A stretch of DNA of 64,000 nt, taken from Yuukianura sp. NJ FZ-2021. Its lineage: Eukaryota. The number at the start of each line of letters is the position of its first letter. Position 1 is the stretch's first letter. Both the position numbers and the translations under genes were made by a program. Under the pieces are notes generated by a model, which was not told the origin of the DNA, made no database searches, and saw only the letters and a list, made by a program, of their open reading frames with translations. This document shows positions 1 to 13,400 of the stretch, piece after piece. The stretch spans positions 6,944,001-7,008,000 of the forward strand of contig CM102290.1 in assembly GCA_046563655.1 (NCBI GenBank), read 5' to 3'.

Positions 1-767
1 TGTTAGGTTTTCCATAACTTTACCTTTGTATACATTTACCAAACTATTATTTTCCAAACTGTATAAGTCCGTTTACGGTAAACGGACTTAGTTTAAGGTA
101 AAACTTTTACCTTAGAGGGTAACAAATAACAAAATGGAGGATTTTGACATGCTTTTGAAATCCGACCCACTCTAATTACTTCCATTGTGCTAACTTTGAC
201 TATAAAAAATATCAAATAATTGTGTCACAGACATACAATGAGCTGGAATTTTCTCGCAAAAAGAAGTTTTGGACTTAATGGGAAAACAAAACCCAAATTC
301 AACTGTATTCCCAGATCCGTGTTGAGATAGAAATGTTTACACGTTGGAGAAATCTTTCTCCAACATCCCTTTACCTCTTTTCTGGCTAAAAATAAAGTTT
401 CAATTGAAAGGATAACAACTCATAAGCTTGTCTCTTGCAATCAAGAACTGCAATTTTGTCACAAATTGTAATAAAGTATACATTACGTTACAAAGTATAT
501 TTTTTATGAGAACTCAAAAAAAGCCATGCTGGTAAAAAAAACAGAATCACACAAAGAAGGAACTTTGACTTCTTTTCCAAATAAGAAATTCTTCGAAAGG
601 GATGAATTTTGGATCGGGAAAAGAAAGCTGCATTATTTTTGGTTGTCGATGTTTTAGAATCCTGATCCTGGATTTCATGTTTTATAAGACTTCATATGAT
701 TTTGAAATTCAAATGGCAAATCCTATTATGTTCAATACACTAACCCACACATACACTATTCGTCCAA

Positions 768-1894
768 CGATGCTGGTCAATTCGTAAGCTCAATTTCGTA
801 AGCAGTCAGTTCGTAAACATCCCAATTCGTAAGCCGCCATCTCGTAAGCAGCCCAATTCCTAAGCAGTCAATTCGTAAGCATGAACAATTCGTAAGCACG
901 GCAATTCGTAAGCATTTCAATTCGTAAGCAACCCAATTCGTAAGCAAAAGCAATTCATAAACAGCAAATTCGTAAGCACAGCAAATTCGTAAGCAAGCCA
1001 ATTCGTAAGCAGCAAAAATCCTAAGAATCTATTTGCCAATTCCTTGTGTTATGTTGGTTAAAGTAAACTTTGGTCCGTCGCCTGTCCCCACCCGTTTAAA
1101 TTTTCTCGCTGCTTACATTGTACCCACCCATTGTCCCCACTGAATGGATACATTTGTCCCACCACAACCAAAAGCAGTACATCCACCTAGCGGCAATACA
1201 GTAACCTCTGAATTCAAGCCGGCAACGTTTTTTCCTTTTTGATTTGGGAAATCCTGTTGTATTTTCCCGCGCCGAAGGCGCGGCGTTAGGTTTGGTAAAG
1301 CATGCAATACTGATTATGTCTGTAGTTTAACTTATTGAGTTTCACTATGTTGATTGCATCTGCCCTTAGGTTACCACGGCGGGTGGGTACAGATTTATCC
1401 CCACCAAGTGGGTACATTTGTCTCCACCCGGTGGGTACAATGGAAGCAGCGCAAAAATTTGAACGGGTGGGGACAGGCGGCGGACCAAGGTTTACTTCGA
1501 CCGTTATGTTGGCTGAATTTTGCAATTGTATCTAACATTTTCAATTCATTGCATCCAAAGTTTTGACAATGAAAAAACACAAATAATAATAATAATATAT
1601 ATTAACAATAATAATTATTAATTATAAATTACGAATCTCAAAGATTGGCTGCTTACGAAAATGAATGCTTACGAATTCACCATGCCTATCAATTTGATGC
1701 TTACGAATTTGGGTGTTTACGAACTGGCTCTGTTTACGAATTTTCCAAGCTTATGAATTAGGATGCTTACGAATTGGGCTGCTTAGGAATTGGGTTGCTT
1801 AGGAATTGGGCTGCTTACGAATTGGGTTGCTTACGAATTGACTGCTTACGAATTGACTGCTTACGAAATTGAGCTTATGTATTGACCTGGAACC
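768..1894. mobile_element. Foldback/Mutator-like non-autonomous DNA element with internally repetitive long inverted arms and a 9-bp target-site duplication
   Basis: The left arm (775-~1010) is an array of ~AATTCGTAAGCA units. The right arm (~1630-1887) is the reverse-complement array (TGCTTACGAATT). Termini GGTCAATTCGTAAGCTCAATTTCGTAAGCAGTCA and TGACTGCTTACGAAATTGAGCTTATGTATTGACC pair. The direct repeat TTCGTCCAA flanks the element at 759-767 and 1895-1903. No transposase ORF is present. Confidence 0.85.
1056..1502. mobile_element. MITE nested inside the foldback element
   Basis: Imperfect ~75-bp TIRs (GGTTAAAGTAAACTTTGGTCCGTCGCCTGTCCCCACCCG... and ...CGGGTGGGGACAGGCGGCGGACCAAGGTTTACTTCGACC). 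Flanked by the direct repeat GTTATGTT at 1048-1055 and 1503-1510 (8-10 bp depending on the boundary chosen). Confidence 0.85.
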
Positions 1895-4800
1895 TTCGTC
1901 CAATAGAGAAAGGAGGTTGTTTAGATTTTTATAAAAAGTGACATGTATACATAGGTATATTCTTAGACCACCGGTTATTTTTTTATGCTTAAGAAGAATG
2001 CAGCAGATTTTTTGATACAAATTGTGTCATGTTCAATTCAGTTCAAATCCCGACAACTTCTACAAGGTTAAATTTTATCTTTAAGTTAATTTTATGTTTA
2101 ATTACTAAAAATGTGTTCAAATTTAATTGAAAGTAAAGATGAGGAGAAATGAAATGGAAAATTCAAAATTAGAAATGACTGTGATGATAGCAGAATAAAA
2201 AAGGCTTGCTATGTACTTCTCAAAGTGCTTTCATAATTGAACAGAAATGAAGACAGCTGGAAGACAATTGAAGAAAATCTCTTCGAAACAGTCAAACCCA
2301 CAACCAACTGCTGCCAACACTTCAAAAGGCATCTAGAAAGTTTTGATTAGATTTGAATAACTTAACAAATCCAGGAACAAGTTGAAGTGGAAGAGTTGAA
2401 TGAGTGCAAGTGAAAGTCAAATTAAGACCGGGGCTAAGCACTGTTCGTAAACAAAAAAAAAACTTTCTACACCTTTTAACTTTTTGTGTTGTAGGGAATA
2501 CAACTCGGTTGTCAGGAAACCTTGGGGCTAAGAGAGATTCAAATGAGTTGGATTCAGAGGAAAAAGGACGGAAAAATTACTTTCTCCTTGTGTCAACTTT
2601 GAGTTGATTGCCAAACTGTTTGCATTTTTTTTACTTTTGTTATTTCATTTTCTTGGGAACTTAAAGTGCTTCTGCTAGGAATTGGTTTAGAGTCATGGGT
2701 CGTTCTAATGTTCATCTCTTGTCATTGTACGGCTTTTTGATTCTCATTCATCTAGTAGCTTTTGAAATTTTTGGTGACATCATGAGGAAAACAGCCTACG
2801 CCCAAATACAACAAAATGGAAGTTAGAGGTTATGGCATTGAAAATTCATTTGGTCCAAACGCATTTAAACTTGTCATTTCATCTTGTGATCTGTTTCCAT
2901 GTCGCTACAAGCGTATCACTACATGCGCTACACCACTACGTTTCAACATCAATTTCTTAACTATCCCACAACAGCATCTAGCATCCAAAAACTAATCAAA
3001 TATAATTAAAACATACTTCAAGTTTCACTTAATCGCTTAGTATGTAAAACTTGAGATTCATGTTAGTTATGAATCCGTCGATCATTTTAGTGACGCAGCG
3101 TTGGGGTCAACGAAATGACCCTGAGGAACTTCAGCAGTAGCATTTTGTCGCAGACTGTTAGATAATTTTACCTTGCTGCCTATGCCAACTGCCTCAAAAA
3201 TTCTTAAGAAATCAGTTAACAAACCTTACAATGAAAATAGATATGAGCATTGGTTGCTGAACGTGCGGAGATTCAAAGTGCAGTAAAAGATTATAAACGC
3301 CTGTTGTTCCAATTGACGTCATCCATTGTACGATCAGACTCCGACTGAAAATTGCACTGATACGTTCTCCAATTGAACCTGAATTGTGCTCTGGAGACAC
3401 ATCTGCATTTCCAATGGCTCCCATCACAATAGAACGCAGAGGTGAACCCAAGAAAAATTTTGTCTTTCTTTTTCTGAACAAAAATCTTTTTAATTAGATT
3501 TTAAAAATATAAATATAAAAATATAACTATATATATAACATAAAGATAGACATCCAAATCTTATTCTTGTACTTTATGACCCCCTGGGACCAGAATAACA
3601 TGGATGCAGAGTCTCAAGGAGAGACGCCTGTTGAGTTCTAATACAATTTAATAACTTAATTTTCAATTTAGTAAAGGTCAGTGACCGTAACACAAAAACT
3701 TGACCTTGAATCTTCTTCTCTCGGAACCAATTCAGTTACAAAAATTAATTCCACTGTCTTCCAAAAGTTTATCTTAACTGGATATGGCAAACCATTTACG
3801 ATGCTTTAATCGATTACGTCTGCATTACCTTTAATATCATCGTTTCTGTTGTACAAAAGCAGAAAAGAAAGTAATAAATGATTCAGAATAATTCCAACTT
3901 TAATCAAAATTTAAATACAAAAGGAACTAATGATTCCCAAGTTTAAACAAAACCTTCTGTCAAATCCATCTTGAGGATTGATGAACAGGACTTAAGGTTT
4001 TGCGACTTAAGAAGCCTGTCAACCTCAACGATTACTACTCCAGAGACTGGCTGTTCTTATAGAAATGATGCAAACTAGCGCAGTAAGTGTAGTTCTCTTC
4101 GAGATGGAGTGAGTTCAAAATGAAACTTCAAAAAAGTAGACGTTCGTGACGGTGCTTTAACGAGTAGCTAACATGCTTTCATTAAACTTGATCCAGAAGT
4201 GTGAAAGGGCCGCCAAATGCAAAGTGTACTTTGTCAAATGAACTCCAGAACTTTCCCTGCCACTCGCAGCTAACTCCAAATTTCCAGATCTTTTCAATTA
4301 GAACCAACTCAAGAGGAAATGGACTTTTTGAAGGAGTTTGAAAGCGGTTGTTAATTTACAAGTGTCGGCATACGTCGACTACTTTGTTCACTCCGTCAAT
4401 CTTACGTGCTTCGGTAAGCATGGACAGAATTCAAACAAGTTTCTCCGAAAGATTATTCGAAAATTCTTTAAGCAGTGATGTTAGGTCTAAGATTAGAAAC
4501 AGTTCTTAATTTAAATCATTAACGGAGCACGCGGTTTTTTCTTGTAAACGAAATAATTAAAAATGCTAAAATTGTGTGTTCAAAATTGACTCAAAACAGT
4601 GATTTTTTTTAATTTTGGAAAGTTCGGTCCCAATTCTCTGAATAGAAAAGTAAAGTTTACTTACTCAACGCGTTGAGTTTGGAGTTGGTGAAAGGTTACC
4701 AAGAATCAATCTTTTTCTACTTTTTTCCTCTTCTGGGAAATTCTGCTTTGTCTGTTTTAAAAATGATTTGAAGGTGGTGAAACTACGTAAAGAAAGTGCA

Positions 4801-7413
4801 GGAGTTCCTGGAAAGATTCCTAGAGCAGCTTCCTGACTTGTTCTGTCCCCAACTCACGCACGACTGAGCGTCCCTTGCGAAATTTTCTCCTCACTTTCTC
4901 TTCTTTTCGCCAGATGAAGGAACGGCGCGTCGGCGCCCGCCACTATTTGACCCCAATGACCCAGTTTGATTGCAAGTTTTGCTTAAAAAAAGTCAAGTCG
5001 CATGCAAGTTTTCGTTTGATCAGCACAACAGTCATGATGTTGTTGACAATTTTTATAAGAAAAACCGAAAGGAAAGATTATTATGATACTACCACATTTG
5101 TATTCTTTCAGTTGAGCAAAAGAAGCCAAAACAAACTAATGGCGAAATTGACGCCTTTTGCTTTCGTTTGAATTCCTAAGAATCTGGTAGTGTCAGCAGG
5201 AGCGGGTGAGAAAGCCTTATTGAGCTTCTCTGTGACCGAACTTGAATTTATTCCCTTTTTCATAATTAAATTTCACCTTCACACCTTTTGAAACCAAAAG
5301 CCTTCGGTTAAAACTTCTCAAAGGGAGTTTTCCTGTGCATCTTCTCAACTGACAGCCTTTGAGAAAGTTTTTAGAACAAAAGTCCAATTCCAAAAACTTT
5401 CTCAAAGTTAATCTGTTCGCATTTCCGCAGTCGCTAGAGATTAGCCAACAGGGACTGTTGTCATTTTTGCAAAAAATCGGACAACATGAATGACTCAACT
5501 TGTTTTGTTGTTTTAAATCCAAAATGTTTAGAAGATTATCCAAACATTGGGTCCGATATTTCATGTTACTTTTTGGTCTCTCGACCCGGCAATAAAACAA
5601 ATAAAATGGCTCAAGTGATTTCTAACACAAGAGGCTAAAAGCCCAGTCCCCAAGGCCTTAAGGGCTCCAAATCATTTTTATGGAAACATCTAGATGGCAG
5701 ACAAACTGACCCAGCATCTCCTTGTTTACATCATTTGCACGTCGTTGTTTGCAAAAAACTGACTTCAACAGTTATATAAATCACGACAAGAGTTACTTTC
5801 AGTTTTTGTAAACTTCAGTTCGTTATGGCTGGCCAAATTACATCACTTGACGCAAGGCTTTTAAGTTCCACTCCATTCTTTTCAATTACTTCATCATTGC
5901 TGATTCATCTTTTCTTGTACTTAAAAATGCAAACATGAAAAATCAACTATAGGTAGTTAGATTTATACGTTTAGAAAAGATTAAAAATATTATACACGCT
6001 TACTCAAAGTATTTTACGAACTTTTTAAGAAAAACTGAAGCCTTTGTAACAACTGCTTACTGGCTCATAAAAAAGAAAGGAAACAACAGAGCTCCTGGGC
6101 TGTCACATTATTGCGACTTGCTTCAACAAAAATGTGTAATTTGAAATCAACCGAGTGAAATCATGTGAAATAATATTGCCAATTAAATTTGTACGCCAAA
6201 GTTGACGGAGTGAGAACCGCAAAAGAAATTTAACTAATACATTGCTCAACCGTGCAAAAAAAAACAACACTTTTTTTTCGTAAATTTTGATTTTATACAC
6301 GCATTCTTAAAACTACAAAATGCGAATGTTAAATTATAAACTTTTACACAACTGACTACGTCTTACGCCATTGAACTTTTGAATTCCTGTCGCCATATTT
6401 TTCCTCCGTTTGCCAAGGAATTTTTAAAATTTTGTGCTTTTAGCCGTAAAAATTTTGTTTCCACAAATTCTAAAAATGTACACCAAAATTATCATGTTTC
6501 CTTTCGATGAAAACGAAATGGAAAGTTACGCATGCTTTCTACTCATATTTTTTTTAATTTGTAAATTGTGAAAACTTAGCTAACCTCGTAATTTATCTAA
6601 CGTTAAAACTGATTTAAAAAAATTGAACCGTACAGAAATGTTTTAGCATCGTTCATTTGATATTAGTCACTTCCGTGGCCATTTCTCTGTGTGTTAAACA
6701 CGCTATTCCTTTTCTCCTATTGTTGGTGTAGGGAATTTCGTTTGTTGAGCTGAATGGTTGTAGCAATGCCGCACCCATTCTTAGCCGGTAGGTGCAAGGA
6801 AGGAGCCAATCGAAGGCACAGCAAAAGTCCATGCTTTTCTTACCTTTGGTGTAAACGAAGGATGTTTAGCCATTGCACTTCTATGGACTTGGGACGACAG
6901 ACAGGTGCCGAGACAGTAGAAAGTCAGAGATCACTTTACTCAACCACCCTAGTGTCAGCCACTTAAGGGAACCATCGTCACCTCAAACATCAAATCAACA
7001 AATTAGTCAGTCCATTCCGGAAATTCAACAGAACAGGTCCGAAATGGCATAATCAAGTTGCATTTTTCCATTAAGAGGTTCCGCCAAAACATTTAGACTT
7101 TTGTGTCCCATTCATCAAATCAAGTTTAACTCACCCCCGCCCCTGATTTTGTGTCTAAAGTGTAAGTGTTTGTTCTTTTGGTGTTGGTGAGCTTTCCTTC
7201 CCTCTCGTGTCGTATGTGCTCCCAGCCCATAGCATACTCACCTAAACGCTTCTGGAGTGACAAATGGACAGTAGCTCATTGTCAAACCTCAAACCTAGCT
7301 CAAGACATCTTCAATCACACAATCACCAATTTTCATTCACGCAGTGAGTGTCAGAGTGACCAGAATCCAAGTCCAATTGTCCTTGAAACATTTTGGAAAG
7401 TTTTTCCAGAAAA

Positions 7414-10400
7414 ATGGAACCCAGCACGTCCTTCTTCTCCAGCTACTCCAGAACGCTAACGCTTGCCCTCTGGCGTCTCAAAAGAGACGCATGTAGCTCC
7501 TCTAGTTCATTGTCATCACTGACTCAGGGGCCGTTGACCTCTGACCTAAAGTCAGCTTCTCTGGACAAATCACCGGGCATCTTGACTCCAAGGAGAAAGT
7601 TGCCACGTCTCTCGACCTGGGTCATTGTGGCCTGTATCCTCTTGTCAGCTACTACGCTTGCCGATGCATGTGGGCCTGGAAGAGGAAATGGACGACGACG
7701 AGCTCCACGCAAACTTACGCCAATTGTCTACAAACAGCACGTTCCGAACGTTCCTGAAAACGCACTGTCAGCATCAGGTATAAGCGAAGGGAAGATTCTA
7801 CGCGGTGATACGCAGAGATTCAAGGATCTTGTGCCAAACTACAATCCAGACATTTTGTTCAGAGATGATGAGGGGACTGGTGCTGATCGACTGATGACTC
7901 AGGTGAGAAAATTTTCTCAATCTATAATTTGTTTTTGATTTTGGAAAATTCTGAGACACGAATTGAATTTGAACAAATTCGTTTCTGATCTAACCAATTA
8001 TTGGAGGCATGGCGTTTTGTGTAAGTTTCAGTTCTTTAGGTTAGGTAGGATTTCAATTTTTTAAAATTTCTACCTAACAGCACCCAAAGTATCGTCTGAT
8101 TGTAAAGTGACGCGGTTCGCTCTATCAGTGAACCTCCTTTACCTAAAAAATGGCTTTGAATTGAACTTGTGAATGAAAGATCCCGTGCGGATTAACGTCA
8201 GAAACTGTTTCAGTTTTCCAGAATAGACTTTTCTTTTTTTCAAGACAAGTCTCCAGAGGCCTCTTGAATTGCCGAAAGGGAACTTAAGTTCCACATTCCT
8301 TTTAAATAGAAACCTTCAAGTATCATTTTAAAAATTACCATTTTGAAAGTTTTGGAAATGAACCCAATTTCCTAAATGTCTTCTCTAATTTCCATTTTAA
8401 GATAAAAATTCAAACAGCTCCATCTATGGCATGTACTTCATTGCTAAAAATCGCGACGCATGAGGAAGTAGACTTTAAACAAACAAAACTGGAAAATTTA
8501 ATGTTTTCCGGGTAGCTATTTCTGCCAAAACAAAACTTTTGTTTCGGCAGAAACAAAAGAAAAAACGTTTCAACTCAGCCAAGGATTGTTTATGTCCAGC
8601 TCAGATTTGTTTAGTTGAAAACTCCACGCATTGTTTAAATTTCGGAACCAAGAACAATCACTTTCTTTGAATAAGTTAAAATTTAATGCTCTTCTCAAAC
8701 GTGTCAATTGAAATTACGTTGACAGATGCGATAACTGCGAAAAAGAATCAGGAACCGACGCCTAACATTTGACACGTTTACAATTTGAAATGTTTACAAT
8801 TTCGGTGGTGACGACGACATCCTTTCCGCGTTTCTCAATTTGAAATTTCGTGGGAATTTTTTTTTCTCAGAATCTTTAGACGAAGTGGCTTATGGTGGTG
8901 ATACTTGTCATGATGAGGTTGATCATGAGTCTCATCAAGGGACTTTAGGAGCCCTTAAGGACACTAAAATCAAATGAGGGTTACCTGTCAGAGTCTCGAA
9001 AAGTGTGTCATAAAAGTTCCAGGGTCCTTCGTCTCATCGTCTCCCTCCTTCGGTATGACCTTTTGGATTTAGTTTCCTTGAAATTTTCAAAAGGATGGGC
9101 TAAAAGCTTAGGTTTTGCTTTGGTTGCGTTTTATCATAATCCTTATTATGCTTTTTCACTTTTTAAAACCAATTCTTCTCCAATATTCCTGAAGTTAAAA
9201 GTACATTTAAAAAGAAAAGGAAAATTTTGGACAAAAGACGACGAATGGTGGACGTTTAAAGAATTTGTGCGTCCGGTATGTTAAGTTCGTTTGCTTTTTT
9301 TGCATTTCTTGATTAAGAAAACAGAAAATTTTCCTGTTTTGTTGGTTTGAAGTCAGTTTAAATTGCTTTTCAGAATTTCGCAATTTAATCTTTCTTGTAG
9401 CGGTGAAAAACGCTTGGAAAAATGGAAATCGAGTAGGGTGAATGGGAGCATCGTTTATTGTTTTGTTGCCCCTTGAATTTGTTCTTGTCCTTGCGGATAC
9501 CCTTAAGTTTACCTGTTTCAGAAAACTTTTTTTTCCCACGCCTTCCGTTTTTTTTGGTGTGTCCATTTTGAAAAAAGGCGCTAAGGCAAGAAGGCAAAAA
9601 CCAAAACCAAACATTCCAAACGGATTTATTGGTAGGATAATAAGTTTTAAAACAAGTGTCCAGTTACTTTCCAGTTGTGAGAAGGGCCCCTTTCAAAGGG
9701 CCCACACTCCCTTCAAGTCCCTTCAAATCCACCGCTTTTCTCTTTTTCTTTCGGGCATTCCTTCCCAGTAAACATTATTTATCCAATCAATCAGTCACTG
9801 AGCATAACCAGCCTTTTAGCGCTTGGGCTCCTCAGAAAAGGCCCCCTTCCCTTCACAAAAAAGAAAAAAGAGTGGGGCAAAGAGCTTTCAACATATTTTG
9901 ACTTTTACCTTTGGAAATAGTTAACAAACAAGCTTAGTATCGGAGGCTAAGGGGGCCCTTGAGGACTCCCTTTCTCCATTGTCCTAATATTATGGCATTC
10001 CCACTCCAGCATCCCCCCTTCATTCATTAAAACACACTTTGTCATTATTAAGACCAAGGGCCACTTATTTCCCTCAATAACCAATAAATGGTTTATTTTA
10101 GGAGACCCTTAGGTGACAGTGACAAGCGGAGCGTGAGAACTTTCTTCGTGGTACAGATTGAGGTCATGTAAATTTATTCAAACGCTGAATGAACTCTTTG
10201 AAATTCAAAACATGAATTTTTTAGCTGAAGCATTTATGAGTGAATCCTGTTCGAAAAACTTTTCTGACATTTTTTTAAAATTCAAAGTTTTTTAAAGTAC
10301 AGAAATAACTCCAATACGTTATTATTTGCAGTTTGAATTAAAATATGTTTTTAGATTTGACTAAAAGATTATGAATTTGATGTTTTGATTCTGAAGGTTG

Positions 10401-13400
10401 AATGACACTTGATTTAGGATTAAAGTAGTGATTAAGTTTAGATGCTTATGGCGTGTGTGGGTCTTAGTGAGGATTTGATCTGTAAATTGTGTCATAACTC
10501 ATAAAACCATTATGCGTCATGATCTTCTGTTGGAATTGTTGGGGAAGATGCTAAGACGCTTCCTCTGCCTTCTTAATTTTGACATTTCTTCTTAAAGAAG
10601 TGAACTGAGGGGACTTGAGCCTCGTTGAACGTCTTCAAGTTGAAGATTAGAGATGTAAACATTTAATAACTGCTCTCCAAAAGAATAAGATCCAGGGGCC
10701 TTGCTATGGTTTTTGGTGTGTTTACCCGTGATAAGACTTCGTATTAAGTTTCAACTTCAGTCTTACCTTCCCTACATCACGACTTTTAAAAACTGGGAAA
10801 TGTAAATAAAAATTCAAACGAAGCCTCTTCAAAACTTCAATTTTCATCCCGTTCTATCAGGCTCGCTTGGCATGAAGGATATCACGGGAGTGAGGGGGGC
10901 CCTTCCCGGCGTCGTCATGTCAAGGGCACCTCATGCCCAGGTCGGGATTTTTGTTTGCACCAGTTTCACACAAACTGAACAAACTGAGCTTTAAAAGTCA
11001 ATTGCTTCGAGTTCAGTTTTGACTTCAGACCAAAATTTGGAAAGAATTTTGCTGCTTTAAGAAAAATTTGATCACAATGGAAGGTGTTTTAATTAGGAGT
11101 GGAAAGTCTTAAAAGCCTTTTTGTGTGTGTCTGTGACTTTCACTTCCGCGTCGGCGCGTAATTTTAACATGCCAAGTGAACAAGAGCCCTTGATAAAGAT
11201 TGAAGGGCTCATAGCAGTACTTCAGTCTGCAGCATCAGCTCTCACCTCCTAACCTTCATGCATTTCTTATCCGGCAATACGTCAAGATGTATTGTTGTCA
11301 TTGTCACACATGAAACGCAGCTTGATTTTTCTTACATCCATCCGACGATAGATAAAGTTTCAGTTTGACTGAAAGGAGGCAACACTTAATTTGATATCCT
11401 TCAAAATTTGACAAATGGAAAATTTACGAACAAAAAGTTCAGTTTTTGCAACACAGCGTCATTTTTGGCAAAACAGACCGCAGTACAAAAAAAAATGTGT
11501 GTTACCGTACTTAAAGCCAAAAAATCAAAATTTCCTGGAATTTACAGTCACACGAATATCAAAATAATTCTTTTGGGTTTGTTGGTACTGAATACAAACT
11601 TTGAAATTTCGATAAAACAAAAAATTGGACGTCATCAAGTGTCAAGTTATATCGTAAAATTGCACATTTTAATATTTGACTGCTCACAAAACAAATTGAC
11701 ATATTTGTCATAACGGTAGAATTTTTTTTTCAAGTTTTTTTCTTCTTGAATTTTCCCGTTGCTTTTGTATGCCCTCTGACACGGTTTAGATGGGATTTTT
11801 GTTTAAGGTAAATGTTATTCCTGTAATTCCGGGAGACTATAAGAAGTTTGTGTGTTGTATTCATCCATCCTCTCAAATTTAATCCTATTTACCAACAATT
11901 GGTTTTTGGTAGTGTGTTCTGGATAGCTAAGATGAGCCCTTCGTCCTTTCCCTATCATGCCCTTTCAACTGTCCTTGTCAGTTGACATTTGAAATCAAAC
12001 TGACGAGCTAAGGGGGTCCAAGGGGTCTCTTCAAACATGTCAACATGCAGAGTCCTTTTCCATTTCCAAACAGAACTAACTTAAAGTGTTTCCACAAAAT
12101 CGCCAACTTTTCAGCTTCCGAAATCCCTCTACTTTGCCGCCAGTTTGTTCTTTTGAAATTCCATTGTTTCCATCGGCGTACCGAAGATGAAGTCAACCGA
12201 GACGACGACGACGGGTCACTGAAAAAACGTTTCAAAGTCTTCAGTAAACAAAACTTTGGAATCTTTTGAAAAATCAAAGTTTACGTTTATAAGTTAACAA
12301 GCTACTACTTGGATTGTTGATGAATGAGAGGTGAATTGGAAAATTCGAACAAAAGTAAATGCTGTTGAAATTCGAAAATTCGAAATTTAAATACTAAATG
12401 TTGCATGCATGTGACAGAACAGCCTTTTTTCCGTGAAGTAAAAGTCCAATTTCAATTATCCCCAGCGGCCATGGAGCATTCCTCGTCAGATCCAAGTTTT
12501 CATTTTAAAACGCCCATTGCACAGACTCCTCTGCTCCATAGTCATATTCGATATAAAAACCAAGCTCAAACACCAAAATGTTTAAAATTTCAAAAAACCT
12601 CGTCTAAGAAATATTAAAATTGGTTGTACCAAAGTCATTTCATTTTCATTTTTTACAGCCATGAAAAAAAATGGAACACATGAATTTTCAATTCAATTGA
12701 AAAACTAAAAAGAAATCGTTTGAGGCGGAAATAGTTATGAAAATGAATTACGAAGTACCTAGTATACCTTAGCAGCCCATGCCATTACCATACCAAATAG
12801 ACTACGTTGAATAATACTTAAAAGGAAAATCTCCCTCTGTGACTTTCTTCTGAATCAAAAGAATACCTTAGTGTAGGGCCTTGGACTACCTTTGGCCATA
12901 GCACCTTCCCCAGCACCCACCGCCAACTGCATCTTCCAACAACCCACAAAAACATTCGAGTTCCCTCCCATTTTACGCCATCATGAATCTTCCATTATTA
13001 CCAAGATGAAAAACCAAAAGATGCGCAGGTTCGGACTGTAATTTATACTCAAACAATATCAATTTTTTGCTAAAAAAAACAAAAAAAAAAACATTCACAA
13101 CTTGCTAAAATCACACTTTGCCCGAAATACAACTTCGAACTTAGAGAAAGCAAGGATTTTTTTAAATTCTAAGGAATTCATGAACTTTTCAAAAGAAATG
13201 ACCAGCGTTGTTTTCATTGTGGGAAAAAATGCAGCAAGAAATAGGGTGTCCGATGGAAGTGATTTACAATCCATCATAAAACTGTTCACAGAGGACTTAA
13301 GGGCCCTTTTCCCATAAACTAGGGAGTGTGGTACGGCAGTTCAAATTGAAATCATGATTGCTCTAATTGACAACAATTGTTGAGACAGGTCAGGCCGTGG

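Noticed and set aside
775..1887. Regularly spaced AATTCGTAAGCA repeats with short variable spacers, superficially CRISPR-like
   Set aside because: The repeats are ~12 bp with spacers of only a few bp, form mirror-image arms with a TSD, lie in a eukaryotic context and have no cas genes. They are transposon arms.
777..2020. Short ORFs over the foldback/MITE region
   Set aside because: They are translations of repeats with no transposase motif.
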